A DNA stretch of 64,000 nucleotides from an uncultured Candidatus Rokubacteria bacterium (lineage in GTDB: Bacteria > Methylomirabilota > Methylomirabilia > Rokubacteriales > DASRDR01), in contig CAVPSB010000025.1 in the NCBI GenBank assembly GCA_963708025.1, forward strand, positions 256,001 through 320,000, given 5' to 3'. Below, piece by piece: positions 1-10,231 of this stretch. Every line of letters starts with the position of its first letter. Positions within the stretch are counted from its first letter, which is position 1. A model generated the notes under the pieces. That model ran no database searches. It was not told the DNA's origin and was given only the letters and a program-made list of their open reading frames with translations. The translations under genes and the position numbers were made by a program.

Positions 1-1283
1 CGTGGCGGCGACGATCGCGCGCGACACGTCCCTCTACCTCGACGAGGTGGGCAAGTGCGTGGCCAACGAGGTCGTCGCCGTCCAGCCGCAGATCTCGGGA
101 CGGATCGTCAAGATCCACTTCGCGGACGGCGCCGATCTCAAGCAGGGTGACCTCCTGTTCACGATCGACCCGCGGCCGATCCAGGCGACCGTCCAGCAGG
201 CCGAGGCCAACGTGGCCCGGGACCAGGCCCAGGCGCGCCAGGCCGAGGCCAACACCGCGCGCGATCAGGCGCAGGTTCAGCAGGCCCTGGCCGCGCTGAC
301 CCAGGCCCAGGCGCAGCTCGGCCAGGCCGAGGCGAACGTCGTCCGCGACCAGGCGCAGCTCGAGAACGCCCGGGCCCAGGACCGGCGCTACGCGGAGCTG
401 GTCCGTCAGGGCTTCGTCGCGCGCGAGCAGGCCGATCAGGTCCGCACCGCCATGGAGACGGCGGCGGCCACCCTCCGCGCCGACCAGGCGATGGTCGACA
501 ACGCGAAGGCGGCCATTGCCGTGGCCGAGGCCACGCTCGCGCAGGCCAAGGCCGCGGTCCTGGCCGGCCAGGCCGCCGTCGAGAACGCCCGCGCCGTCGT
601 CCGCGCCAACGAGGCGGCCGTCGAGAGCACGCGCCTGCAGCTCGCGTACACGGAGATCCGGTCGCCCATCGATGGCCGCGCGGGGCAGCGGCTCGCCGAC
701 CTCGGCAACATCGTGACCGCGAACGCGGGCTCGCTCCTCAGCATCCAGCGGCTCGATCCCATCTACGCGGAGTTCACGGTGACCGAGAACGACCTCGGCG
801 AGGTTCAGCGGAACATGCGAGGGGGGCGGCTGCAGGTCGAGGTCCGGCTGCCCGATCAGCCCGACACCGTCATCCCCGGCACGCTCACGTTCCTCGACAA
901 CGCCGTGCAGGAAGGGACCGGCACCGTCAAGCTCCGCGCCACCGTGCCGAACCGCGAGCGCCGGCTCTGGCCCGGGCGCTTCGTCAACGTCCGGCTCATC
1001 CTCGGCCGCGTCGCCGGCGCGGTGCTCATCCCCGCCTCGGCGCCCCAGATGTCGGCAAAGGGGCTGTTCGTCTACGTCGTCAAGGACGACTCGACCGCCG
1101 AGATCCGTCCGGTGACCCTCGGCCAGCGTCAGGGCGAGCTCGTCATCGTGGCCTCCGGCGTGAAGCCCGGGGAGCGGGTCGTCACGACCGGCCAGATGGG
1201 CGTCACCCCCGGCGGGAAGGTCCGGGTCGAGGAAGCGGGGGGGCCCGGACGGCGCCGCGCCCGCCGGGGCCAGCAAGCCATGA
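1..1283 (+). CDS. RND efflux periplasmic adaptor (MdtA-like), 5' truncated by window edge
   Basis: VQPQISGRIVKIHFADGADLKQGDLLFTIDPRP, long Ala/Gln coiled coil, YTEIRSPIDG, FLDNAVQEGTGTVKLRAT. Natural stop is probably the TGA of the ATGA at 1280-1283; an indel near the G-run at ~1240 makes an apparent fusion. Confidence 0.9.
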
Positions 1284-4200
1284 ACCTGTCCGAGCCCTTC
1301 ATCCGCCGGCCCGTCATGACGGCGGTCCTGACCGCCTCGGTGGTGCTCTTCGGCTTCCTGAGCTACCGGCAGCTCCCGGTGAACGACCTGCCCGTCGTCG
1401 ACTACCCGGTGATCCAGGTGCAGGCCGACTACCCGGGCGCGAGCCCCGACACGATGGCCAACAACATCGCGACGCCGCTCGAGCGCCAGTTCATGCAGAT
1501 CACGGGGCTCGAGGTCGTCACGTCGAAGAGCACCCAGGGGCACGTGAGCCTGACGCTCCAGTTCGCGCTGGACAAGAGCATCGACGCCGCCGCCACGGAC
1601 GTCCAGACCGCGATCACCCAGGCCACCGGGAGCCTCCCGATCGACCTGCCGTCGCCGCCGACCCTGTCCAAGACGAACCCGAACGACCAGCCGATCATGT
1701 ACGTCGCGCTGACGAGCGACTCGATCACCGCCGGTCAGCTCTACGACTACGCGAACATCCAGGTCGGCCAGCGCATCAGCATCCTGCCCGGGGTGAGCCG
1801 CGTCGCCGTGTTCGGCACCAAGTCGGCCATCCGCATCAAGGCGGATCCGGCCGCGATGTGGGCGCGCGGCATCTCGATCGACGACCTGTCGGCGGCCATC
1901 CGGGGCGGCACCAGCTACTCCGGCGCCGGCCAGCTCGACTCGGCGGCTGGCACCGCCCTCCTCCGGCCGCACGGCCAGCTCGACAGTGCGGACGCCTACC
2001 GGAGCCTCATCGTCAGCACGAGCGGCGGCGCCCCGGTGTACCTGCGGGACATCGCGGACGTGCGGGAGTCGCTGCAGGACGAGCGGATCTCGATGCGGTT
2101 CTGGGCCCGCGGCTACTCGGTCCCCTCGGCCACGGTGGTGGCCGCCGTCTACCGTCAGGCCGGCGCCAACGCGGTGAAGGTGGCCCGGAGCATCCACGAC
2201 CTGGTGCCGGTCATCACCGCCGAGCTCCCGGGCTCGGTGCGCATCACGCCGATCTACGACCGCTCGCAGACGATCGTCAACTCCGTCCACGACGTCCAGC
2301 TCACCCTGATCGTCGCCTTCGTCCTGGTCGTCGTCGTGATCTTCGTCTTCCTGGGCCGGGCCGCCGACACCCTGATCCCGGCGGTCGCGCTGCCGCTCTC
2401 CCTGCTGCTCACGTTCGTCGCGATGTGGGCGCTCGACTACAGCCTCGACAACCTGTCGCTCATGGCCCTGACCCTGGCCATCGGGTTCCTCGTGGACGAC
2501 GCCATCGTGTTCCTGGAGAACACGGTGCGACGGATGGAGCGCGGCGAGCGGGCGCTCGAGGCGACGCTCGACAGCGCCCGGGAGATCAGCTTCACCATCT
2601 TCGCGATGACCATCTCGCTGGCCGCCGTCTTCCTGCCGCTCGTCGTCATGCCCGGGCTGGTGGGCCGCATCTTCCGGGAGTTCGCCGTCACCATCGTGGT
2701 CGCCATCCTCGCCTCGGGTCTGGTCTCGCTCACCCTCACCCCGCTCATGTGCGCCCGTCTCCTGGCCGACCGCGGACACGGCGCGCGCCAGACGTGGATG
2801 GAGCGGGTGATGGGCGGCGTGGAGCGGCGCATCCTCGGGCTCTACGGCCGGTCGCTGGGCTGGTTCATCCGGCGGCGCGCGGTCGCCGCGGCGATCTGGG
2901 CGGTCTGCCTGGCGGGCACGGTCGGGCTGTTCCTGGTCGTCCCCAAGGCGTTCCTGCCGGTGGGCGACAGCAGCGTGATCTTCGGCGTCTTCATCGCCCG
3001 CGAGGGCTCGTCGCCGGAGCAGATGCAGCGGCTGCAGGACCGCGCCGACCAGATGCTCCACTCGGATCCGAACGTCGTCACCGCGTTCACCATGACGGGG
3101 AACGGCGCGTTCCTGTCCTCGAACCAGGGCATCACGTTCACCTTCCTCCGGCCCCCCGAGGAGCGCGCGCCCGATCGCCGCCGTCGCCGGCCAGCTCATG
3201 GGGAAGATGAGCGCGATTCCCGGCGTGTTCGCCTTCCTGCGGCCGTATCCCGTGCTCGAGATCAGCACGGGCGCGACCAACCAGAACCAGGGGCAGTACG
3301 CGTTCTCCGTCTCCGGCGTCAACCCCGACCAGGTCTACGAGGCGGCGGGCAAGCTCATGGCGAAGCTCGCCGAGTACCCGGGGTTCGCCACGATCTCCTC
3401 CGACTTCTTCAACAACACCCCGAACCTCGACATCGAGCTCCGGCGGGACCAGGCCAGGATGTACGGCGTCTCCGAGACCCGCATCCTGTCGCTCCTGCGC
3501 ACCGCTTACTCCCAGAACTACGTCTACCTGATCAAGAAGCCGCAGGACCAGTACCAGGTGATCCTGGAAATCGAGGACTCGGCGCGGGCCCACCCCGAGG
3601 ACCTGTCGCGGCTCTACATCCGGTCGGACGACGGGAAGAACCTCGTCCCGCTGAAGGCGCTCGTCACCTGGAAGACGTCGCTCGGGCCGCAGGCCGTGAA
3701 CCACCTGAACCAGTTCACCAGCGTCAGCTGTTCTTCAACCTGAAGCCGGGGGTGGCGATCGGCGACGCGACCGACCACATCACGAAGACCGCCGCCGCGA
3801 TCGTCCCGCCCACGCTGCGGGCGACCCTGCAGGGCGAGGCCCTCACCTTCCAGCAAGACGGTCCGCGACCTCACGCTCCTGATGGCGCTCGCCGTGTTCG
3901 TGATGTACGTGATCCTGGCCATCCTCTACGAGAGCTACGTCCACCCGCTCACCGTGCTCTCGACCTTGCCGACCGCGCTGGTGGGCGGGCTGGCCACGCT
4001 CTACCTCTTCGGGGAGCCGGCGACCCTCTACGCGTTCGTCGGCATGTTCATGCTCATGGGCATCGTCAAGAAGAACGGCATCATGATCGTGGACTTCGCG
4101 CGTCACCGCGTCGAGGCCGGGGAGCCGGCCGACCGCGCCATCCACGACGCCAGCCTCGACCGGTTCCGGCCGATCGTCATGACGACGCTGGCCGCGGTCG

Positions 4201-4500
4201 CCGGGGCGGTCCCCATCGCGGTCGGCGTCGGCGCCGACGGCGCCTCGCGCCGGGCCCTCGGCCTGGTGATCGTCGGCGGCCTGATGGTCTCCCAGCTGAT
4301 CACGCTCTACGTGACGCCGGTCATCTACCTCTACCTCGAGAAGTTCCAGGAGCGCGTGCTGGACCGCATCCAGCTTCTTCCGCTCGCGGCAGCGTCGTCC
4401 CGCCGCCGCGGGCTTCGATACGGGGGGCGGGAGAGCCTTGCCCGCCGTGTCCCCCGTCGCCGGCGGAAGCGAGCCGAGCGACGACGACCGGCGCGCTTGA
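1280..4500 (+). CDS. RND efflux permease (MdtB/MdtC-like), several frameshifts; 3' end approximate
   Basis: MNLSEPFIRRPV start, GFLVDDAIVFLEN, GIVKKNGIMIVDFA, RFRPIVMTT. Frame changes near 3170, 3730, 3857 and 4370. Confidence 0.9.
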
Positions 4501-4560
4501 TCGCGCGCCCTCTAAACCCGAATCGGCGGCGAATATCCGGCCCGAGCTGTACCCTCTTTT

Positions 4561-4585
4561 CCCTCTCCCCCTCTGGGGGAGAGGG
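4561..4585. repeat. REP-like GC hairpin CCCTCTCCCCC-TCT-GGGGGAGAGGG
   Basis: 11-bp perfect stem, intergenic. Confidence 0.7.
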
Positions 4586-4616
4586 TTGGGCGGGCACGAC
4601 CTTCGAACTCGAGGGC

Positions 4617-4656
4617 TTGACAGGGGCGGGCGAGTGTACTACCGTACTAGTACGGT
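4617..4656 (+). promoter_or_regulatory. sigma-70 promoter with overlapping palindromic (YtrA/GntR-like) operator
   Basis: TTGACA(4617)-17 bp-TACCGT(4640). Perfect palindrome ACCGTACTAGTACGGT at 4641-4656; also TGTACTA-N6-TAGTACG. Confidence 0.65.
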
Positions 4657-4664
4657 GCATTCCA

Positions 4665-4886
4665 ATGCGACTGCATACTGACGCGCACAGCTCGATCCCG
4701 ATCCGCCGTGAGCCGACGGAACCGGTCAGGTATGTGGTCGAGGGCGGCGGCGGCCCGCGGGAGCGGGCGCTGCCCAGCGGCCGGGCACTGGCCGGCTTCC
4801 TCGATCCGAACACGGTCACACGCACCATCGAGGATCTCGGGCGGAGCGGGTACCGGCCGCTGGCGGCCCCGTCCAATGGCGCCTGA
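4665..4886 (+). pseudogene. degenerate GntR/YtrA-family wHTH regulator
   Basis: MRLHTDAHSSIPI...ALPSGRALAGFLDPNTVTRTIEDLGRSGY resembles LPSxRxLA..VNPNTVxRAYxxL but with deletions and no C-terminal part. Confidence 0.65.
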
Positions 4887-4988
4887 CCCCGCGTCCATGG
4901 GGCCGCGGGCCGCCTTGGTGGCGGTGAGCGCAAGCGGCCCGCGCCGGGCTCGCTCCATATCGAAATTCAGGTTCAGGAGGTCTTGTCA

Positions 4989-5339
4989 ATGAAGCTAGAG
5001 AGTGCGGCGAAGATCAAGTATGGAATTTGGGGCCTTATTTGTGGGGCCGTCATCGCAATGATCGTCGGCTTTGCGTGGGGTGGTTGGACAACCTCCAGCA
5101 CTACGCAAACGATGACCAAAGAGGCGGTCTTGGCGAGTCAGGCGGCGATCTGTGTCGCCCAATTCATGAAGCAACCGAATTATGAAGCGAAACTCAAAGA
5201 ACTCGCAGAAGTAGGTAGCTGGAAGAGAGCTGAAGTCATTGAAGCAGGGGGCTGGGATAAGATGCCCGGGCAAGAGAAGGCTGGCTATGCTGTAGCCCGA
5301 GCCTGCGCCGATGGGCTGGAACTTCTCGTCAAGAAATGA
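4989..5339 (+). CDS. small membrane-anchored hypothetical protein (GFxWGGW motif, two Cys), low GC
   Basis: AGGAGG RBS at 4975-4980, N-terminal TM helix, visibly AT-richer codon usage. Confidence 0.8.
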   Translation: MKLESAAKIKYGIWGLICGAVIAMIVGFAWGGWTTSSTTQTMTKEAVLASQAAICVAQFMKQPNYEAKLKELAEVGSWKRAEVIEAGGWDKMPGQEKAGYAVARACADGLELLVKK

Positions 5340-5430
5340 GAAGAGCCTTCGAGTCCCGTAGGCCTTGCTGACCGACTCGCAGCTCAGGCGGACGTCCGAT
5401 CTCGTGAGGACCGCCGGGTGGTCGCGCGGC
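5340..5430 (+). repeat. diverged, internally deleted direct copy of 18634-18885 (5' end and upstream region of the ABC-F gene)
   Basis: 5340-5388 matches 18634-18682 (46/49); 5390-5430 matches 18845-18885 (36/41), aligned by eye. Confidence 0.85.
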
Positions 5431-5704
5431 CCCCGGGGACTCGTGACGCCGTGGCGCGCGGCGGGAGGGCCGCTCCCGGCCGGGCGCGCCGCCCGCCACT
5501 TCGGGCCGGACGGCACGCTCCGGCCCGAGGCGCTCGCGCGGGTCAACCAGTGCCCGCCGACCGCCCTCCAGCCGTTCCCCGTGTACTCGTCGAGGGGTTG
5601 AGGCTCTCCGTCCGGTCCGGCCACTCGACGAGGAGGTAGAGGTGCGTCTCCGTGCGGAGGGCTCGGAGGCTCACCTCGACGCTTCCCTGGCGCCCTCGTG
5701 GGTC

Positions 5705-6673
5705 CTACTTCAGCAACAGCTTCAGCACCGTGGGTCCCGTGTGCGAGTGCTGATCGTCCCCCTCGTTGTCGTGGACGGAGATCCCGAAATAGTAGGAGCG
5801 ACCGGGATCGGTGAGCTGGACGTCGTTCTCCTTGTCCCCGGTGTCGCGGGCCCGCCGCATCTCCAGCGTCCACCGGCCCTTGTCCCACACCGCCTTTGCC
5901 TCGATGTCACCTCGGCTGCCGGTGGGCTTCTCCAGCACCTCGCGGGGCAGCCGATCGCCCACCTTGAACTTCTGGTCCTTGATCTCCACCGCGTCCTTCT
6001 TGAGGAGCACCGGCCCCGGCTTGTCGCCCTCCTTGAAGGCGTACTTCGGGCGCTTGGCCTCCTTGTCCCAGTTGTCGGAGTATCCCCCCGCGGTCTTGGC
6101 GTCGTTGCCCCGGGCGAGCTCCTCGTCGCCGTCCTTCTTGAGCTCGTGGCCCAGCCACTGATCGTCCGTGTAGCCGACCGGGTTCGAGCGCTGAGCCTTC
6201 CAGTGCCAGACGTCCATCCGCTCCGATGGGCCGTTGGTCATCAGGGTCACCTTCTTGTCCTGCTTGTGGCAGGCGGCCGTGCACCCCTTGGCGGGGAACT
6301 CCTTCATCGTGTTGTTGATGTCCCACATGAGGTTGAAGCGGTCCTCACCCCCCTTGACCTTCTTCCACTCCTTCCCGTCGAACTCGTAGAGCCGGTTCAG
6401 GCTCGCCGTCTTGTCCGGCCACTGGAAGAGGAAGTAGACGTCCTTGTCGGTGTAGAGCGCCTTCAGGGTGATCTCGACGTCCCCCTGCGGCCCCTCGGAC
6501 GCCGTGACCTTGACCGCCTTCACGCCGTCCCAGGCTCTGTCCGCCTTCCCGTCGATCGCCGGCGCCTCGGTCACCTTCTTGGCCGCGACCTCCACCTCCG
6601 CCGCGGTGGCCGGCCCGGCCGCGAGCGGGGCGACCAGCCCGAGCATCAGAACGGCTCGCATCCACCGTCGCAT
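5705..6673 (-). CDS. exported ethylbenzene-dehydrogenase-gamma-like (EB_dh/DOMON) heme protein
   Basis: Signal peptide, APAIDG..W, KALYTDKDVYFLFQWPD, DVWHWKA, GRWTLEMRR, and CTAACH motif. Confidence 0.85.
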   Translation of the reverse strand: MRRWMRAVLMLGLVAPLAAGPATAAEVEVAAKKVTEAPAIDGKADRAWDGVKAVKVTASEGPQGDVEITLKALYTDKDVYFLFQWPDKTASLNRLYEFDGKEWKKVKGGEDRFNLMWDINNTMKEFPAKGCTAACHKQDKKVTLMTNGPSERMDVWHWKAQRSNPVGYTDDQWLGHELKKDGDEELARGNDAKTAGGYSDNWDKEAKRPKYAFKEGDKPGPVLLKKDAVEIKDQKFKVGDRLPREVLEKPTGSRGDIEAKAVWDKGRWTLEMRRARDTGDKENDVQLTDPGRSYYFGISVHDNEGDDQHSHTGPTVLKLLLK

Positions 6674-6703
6674 GGCACACCTCCCTGGGGAGTGCTTCCC
6701 CGT

Positions 6704-7946
6704 TTAGCGGCGCTTGTCCTTCGTCGCCGCGTTCCCGGGCCCGCCGGCCGGCGGGCCCGCGCCTCCACGGTTGGCGAGGAGGTAGGCGATCAGATCCGCC
6801 AGCTCGCCGCCCTTGAGGACCGGCCAGGCCACGTTCTCCTCCAGCATCTTCGCTTCCATCTTTCCGGCGTGGTTCCACATCTCGGTGATGACCTCCAGCG
6901 GGGTCCCGAGCTTCGCGACCACGTCGGCGATCGGCGGGGCGACCGGCTTGCCGGCCCCGGTCGCGGCGTGGCAGGCGCCGCACTGCTTCTCCTTGTAGAC
7001 CGCAAAGCCCCGGCGAGCATCACCCGGGGGGTCGATGAACTGGAAGAAGTAGAGGTAGCTGATCAGGTCGCCCATCTCGACCTCGGTCAGGCTCGGCACC
7101 GCGATCCCGCGCTCGGCCATCGTCGCCCACATCCGGGGCCCGTGGTTCCACATGGTGCCGGCGATGCGCGTCAGGCTGCCCCTGAGCCGGACCCCCAGGT
7201 CGGGGCCGACCTTCCCGCCGTGGCCCCGGATCGAGTGGCACTCCACGCAGCGCTTCTCCGTGAACAGCTCCTCCCCGCGCTTGGGGCTTCCCGGCGGCAC
7301 GTAGACCCGCTCCGTGCCGCCGCCCGCGCTCCGGATGTAGGCGAGGAGGTCCACGATGTCGCTGCCCTCGAACGTCGGGCGAGGCACCCGCCGCTCGCGC
7401 ATCACCTCCGCCATCGCCTCCCCGCGCCGCCACAGGGCCGCCGTCAGGTAGAGGGGGGAAGCGTAGCGGCTGTACTTCTCGAGGTCGGGACCCACCCGGC
7501 CGCCCTTGCCGCCCAGGGAGTGGCAGGTCTCGCACCCCTTCTGGCGGAACAGGCGGGCGCCGGCCGCCGCGTCGCCCGGGGGGTCCAGGGATCCGAGGTA
7601 GTAGAGGAAGGCGAGGAGGCTGGCCATCTCCTCGGGCTCGAACCGCGGGCGGGCGATCCGCCGCTCCTGGAAGAGATGCTCCATCCCGGGGGAGTGGTTC
7701 CACATGACCCCGGCGATCTCGAGCAGGGGCCGGTTCAGGGCTCGCCGGCCGAGATCCGGGCCGGTGGTGCCGCCCACCCCCTGGATCGCGTGACAGCGGA
7801 GGCACCCCTTCCCGGTGAACAGGCGGCTCCCCTCCAGCGGGTTGCCGGGCAGCAGGACCGAGAGGGCCTCGTGGGCGCCGAAGGCCGGAGCAGGCCGCGA
7901 GCCCGACGGCCGCCGCCAGCGCCAGACCGGCGATCAGGCGCGTCAT
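6704..7946 (-). CDS. tetraheme cytochrome c built from four tandem class-I-like domains (frameshift near 7880)
   Basis: CLRCH, CETCH, CVECH, CGACH, each followed by (M/L)W(NH/RR)xxxM; signal peptide from ATG 7946. Confidence 0.85.
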
Positions 7947-8194
7947 CGTGCGCTCCGGTCTCCCAGGAGCCCCCAGAAGACGTAGAGGATCACGCCGAGC
8001 AGGGTGAGGAAGACGGGAATCGCCACCAGCGAGATCCCGATGGAGGCCGACGGAACGTCGCCGAGCCGCCAGGCGGTGCGGATGAGGTGGCTGATCCAGG
8101 CGACGATGCCGCCGATGAAGAGGATGGCCACCGCCGCCAGCCCCCACTGGGTGGCCCGCACCGTCCGCTCGGACACGGGACTCGGGCTCGCCAT
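7943..8194 (-). CDS. small two-TM membrane protein
   Basis: MASPSPVSERT..., two hydrophobic helices, stop overlaps next start. Confidence 0.75.
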   Translation of the reverse strand: MASPSPVSERTVRATQWGLAAVAILFIGGIVAWISHLIRTAWRLGDVPSASIGISLVAIPVFLTLLGVILYVFWGLLGDRSAR

Positions 8195-8195
8195 G

Positions 8196-9551
8196 TCAGC
8201 CCCCTCGCTCGGCCTCCGCGAAGTCGCGCCTCGGCCGCGTCCGGCAGGTAGGTCAGGAGCCGCTCCTCCACCTCCCGGACCCCCTCCCGCGCCTCCCGGA
8301 TCTCCCAGATGGAGATGACGGGGAAGACCTTGGTGAAGAGGAGGTAGAAGAGGGCGAAGAGGGCGAAGCTCCCCGCCGTCTCCCCCCACTCGACCCACGT
8401 GGGCCAGTAGAGCCCCTCGCCGAACGGGAGCCGGGGATTGCGACAGGCGTCGGGACGACGATGATGAAGCGCTCGAGCCACATCCCCACCAGCACCGACA
8501 GGGAGGCGGTGAGCACCTTGCCGACGGTGTGGCGGGAGAGCCGGATGAGGCAGGCGAGCGGGATGACGAAGTTGGTGAGCGCCATCCCCCAGAAGGCCGG
8601 CCAGAAGGGGCCGGTGAACTTGGCCCAGAAGACCTTCATCTCCTCCGGCGCGCTGCCGTAGTAGCCGGTCAGGTACTCGGCGAACGTGAAGTAGAACCAG
8701 AGCAGCGACATGACCAGCAGGAGCTGCCCCAGGTAGCGGAAGTGGATCGGCTTGAGGTAGCCCTGGAGGCCGTAGGCCTTCCGGAACGCGATCATGGCCA
8801 CGATGAGGGCCGCGATGCCCGAGAAGATGGCCCCCACCACGAAGTAGGGGCCGAAGATCGTCGAGTGCCACATGGGCTGCAGCGTCATGGAGAAGACGAA
8901 GGAGACCACCGAGTGCACGGAGACCGCGATGGGGATCACCAGGACCGCCATGATGGCGATGGCGCGGTTGAGGACGCGCTGCTGGCGCTCGCTGCCCGTC
9001 CACCCGAGGGCCAGCACGGTGTAGAAGAGCTTCCGCCTGGCGAGCCGGTCCCGCAGGATCGCGATGTCCGGGATCATGGGGAGGTAGAGGTAGACGATGC
9101 TGGCCGTCAGGTACGCGCTGATGCTGGTCGCGTCCCAGAGGAGCGGGGACTGGTAGCGCCCGTAGCGGAGGATGTTGAGCATCCGGTCCGGACGGCCCAG
9201 GTCCACCAGGATCTGGCCGGCGCCGATGAAGAGCACCATCACCGTGATGACCTCCGCCATCCGGGTGATGGGGCGCCGCCACTCGGCCTTGGAGAGGCGG
9301 AGGATCGCCGAGATCAGCGTGCCGGCGTGGCTGATCCCGATGAAGAAGACGAAGTTCGTGACGTAGAACCCCCAGGAGACCGGCTGGTGGAGGCCCGTGA
9401 CCCCCAGCCCCTCGGCGAACTGCGTCCAGTAGGCGGCGGCCCCCCACAGGATCAGGAGGGAGAGCCCGCCGGCCGTCCAGTAGAAGCCCGGCCCCGTGCG
9501 CTCGATGGGCGCCAGGAGGACGGCGTCGCCCGGATCGACTCGCTCAGCCAC
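8196..9551 (-). CDS. NrfD/PsrC-family membrane subunit (QrcD/ActC-like), frameshifts near 3' end
   Basis: WGFYVTNFVFFIGISHAGTLISAIL, RPITRMAE, DLGRPDR, SPLLWD, ERFIIV. Confidence 0.9.
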
Positions 9552-10227
9552 GGCCTTCTCCCTCGGTCAGGTAGATCACCTTCGGCTTGGTGCCCAGCTC
9601 CTCCTGGAGCCGGAAGGCGCGGGGGCTCCGGGCGAGCCGCGCGACCTCGCTCCCCGGGTCGGCGAGGTCCCCGAAGGTGATGGCCCGGGTCGGGCACGCC
9701 TCGGCGCAGGCCGGCACGTACTCCCCGGGCGCCAGCTCCCGCCGCTCGGCGAGGGCCCGCTCCCGGGCCCGTTGCAGCCGGTGATGGCAGAAGGTGCACT
9801 TCTCGACGACGCCCTTGGGCCGGATCGAGACGTCGGGGTTCTGCCCGGGCGCGTCCGTCTGGTAGCGACGCCAGTTGAAGTACTTGGCGTTGTACGGGCA
9901 GGCGGCCATGCAGAAGCGGCAGCCGATGCAGCGGGCGTAGATCTGGGCGACGATCCCCTCCGGGTTCCGATAGGTGGCGTACACGGGGCAGACCTTCGTG
10001 CAGGGCGGGTCGTCGCACTGGAGGCACGGCCGCGGCAGGAAGCGCTTCACCTCGCCGGGGTGCGCCTCGTCCTCCTCGGTGAGGACGTGCATCCAGCTGA
10101 TGATCCGCCCGCGGTGCGCCTCCTTCGCCCCGACGGCCGGGACGTTGTTCTCCGCCTTGCAGGCGATGACGCAGGCCTGGCAGCCGGTGCAGCGGTCGAG
10201 ATCGATCACCATCCCCCAGAGGGCCAT
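9544..10227 (-). CDS. 4Fe-4S dicluster subunit (NrfC/QrcC-like)
   Basis: CTGCQACVIAC, CLQCDDPPCTKVCP, CIGCRFCMAACP, KCTFC...PACAEACP. Confidence 0.95.
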   Translation of the reverse strand: MALWGMVIDLDRCTGCQACVIACKAENNVPAVGAKEAHRGRIISWMHVLTEEDEAHPGEVKRFLPRPCLQCDDPPCTKVCPVYATYRNPEGIVAQIYARCIGCRFCMAACPYNAKYFNWRRYQTDAPGQNPDVSIRPKGVVEKCTFCHHRLQRARERALAERRELAPGEYVPACAEACPTRAITFGDLADPGSEVARLARSPRAFRLQEELGTKPKVIYLTEGEGRG

Positions 10228-10231
10228 GGCC

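Noticed and set aside
180-640. Repeated GCCGAGGCCAAC/GACCAGGC units
   Set aside because: Heptad repeats of the adaptor coiled coil, not a DNA repeat element or CRISPR.
2-4681. 1559-aa adaptor-RND fusion protein
   Set aside because: The junction has a classic ATGA overlap and a G homopolymer just upstream, and the C-terminal part is out-of-frame nonsense. Indel artefact is more likely.
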